Origin: Calditrichia bacterium
Lineage (GTDB): Bacteria; Calditrichota; Calditrichia; RBG-13-44-9; J075
Reading direction: 5' to 3'
DNA length: 52,432 bases
NCBI GenBank assembly: GCA_050633245.1
Contig: JBOEGD010000044.1
Coordinates: forward strand, 1 to 52,432
Shown here: in pieces, positions 52,296 through 52,432 of the stretch
How positions within the stretch are numbered: the first letter of the stretch is position 1
How the letters are laid out: each line of letters opens with the position of its first letter
Notes under the pieces: model-generated
Told to the model about the DNA's origin: nothing
The model's database searches: none
The model's input: the letters and a program-made list of their open reading frames with translations, nothing else
Made by a program: the position numbers and the translations under genes

Positions 52296-52432
52296 CCAAG
52301 TCTGGGGCATTGTTAGATGGAAGTCGTCTTGAGAACTTGCCCAAATGGATAAGTTTTCAAAACGGCTCCATTTTTGAAAAAGACGTTGAGTTTTGATTTA
52401 TTTTTCGACCCCAGACTGGAGCATTGTTAGAA
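52296..52432. repeat. TGGAGCA palindromic repeat element, copy 5 (degenerate A, degenerate B, A truncated by window end)
   Basis: CCAAATGGATAAGTTTTCAAAACGGCTCCATTTTTGAAAAAGAC then CCAGACTGGAGCATTGTTAGAA; collinear with the reverse complement of copy 1. Confidence 0.8.

Overview
Bacterial chromosomal window of about 45 genes with no rRNA, tRNA, CRISPR array or transposase visible. A secreted protein with an NYPNPFN-type C-terminal sorting/FlgD-Ig domain and a hybrid two-component sensor suggest an FCB-related lineage such as Calditrichota or Ignavibacteria (inference only). Recognisable content: exported MsrAB facing a thioredoxin/ECF sigma/anti-sigma operon; an ABC-F ATPase; an HTCS; an esterase cluster; a lone sulfate adenylyltransferase; a YciI/ECF pair; a four-lipoprotein YHYH-MORN-YHYH-SCO operon; a P450; an acyl-CoA synthetase; gabD; a TAXI-TRAP transporter; a MarR-led hutHUIG plus carbonic anhydrase operon; and three tandem paralogous outer-membrane-like genes. 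The most unusual signals are: (1) a modular intergenic palindromic repeat family built on TGGAGCA, at five loci; (2) the YHYH/SCO operon, a candidate uncharacterised extracytoplasmic copper system; (3) an O-acetylesterase-MpaA amidase fusion; and (4) strand-polarised 7/8-mer tandem repeats upstream of genes. All family assignments come from motif recognition by eye, not database searches.
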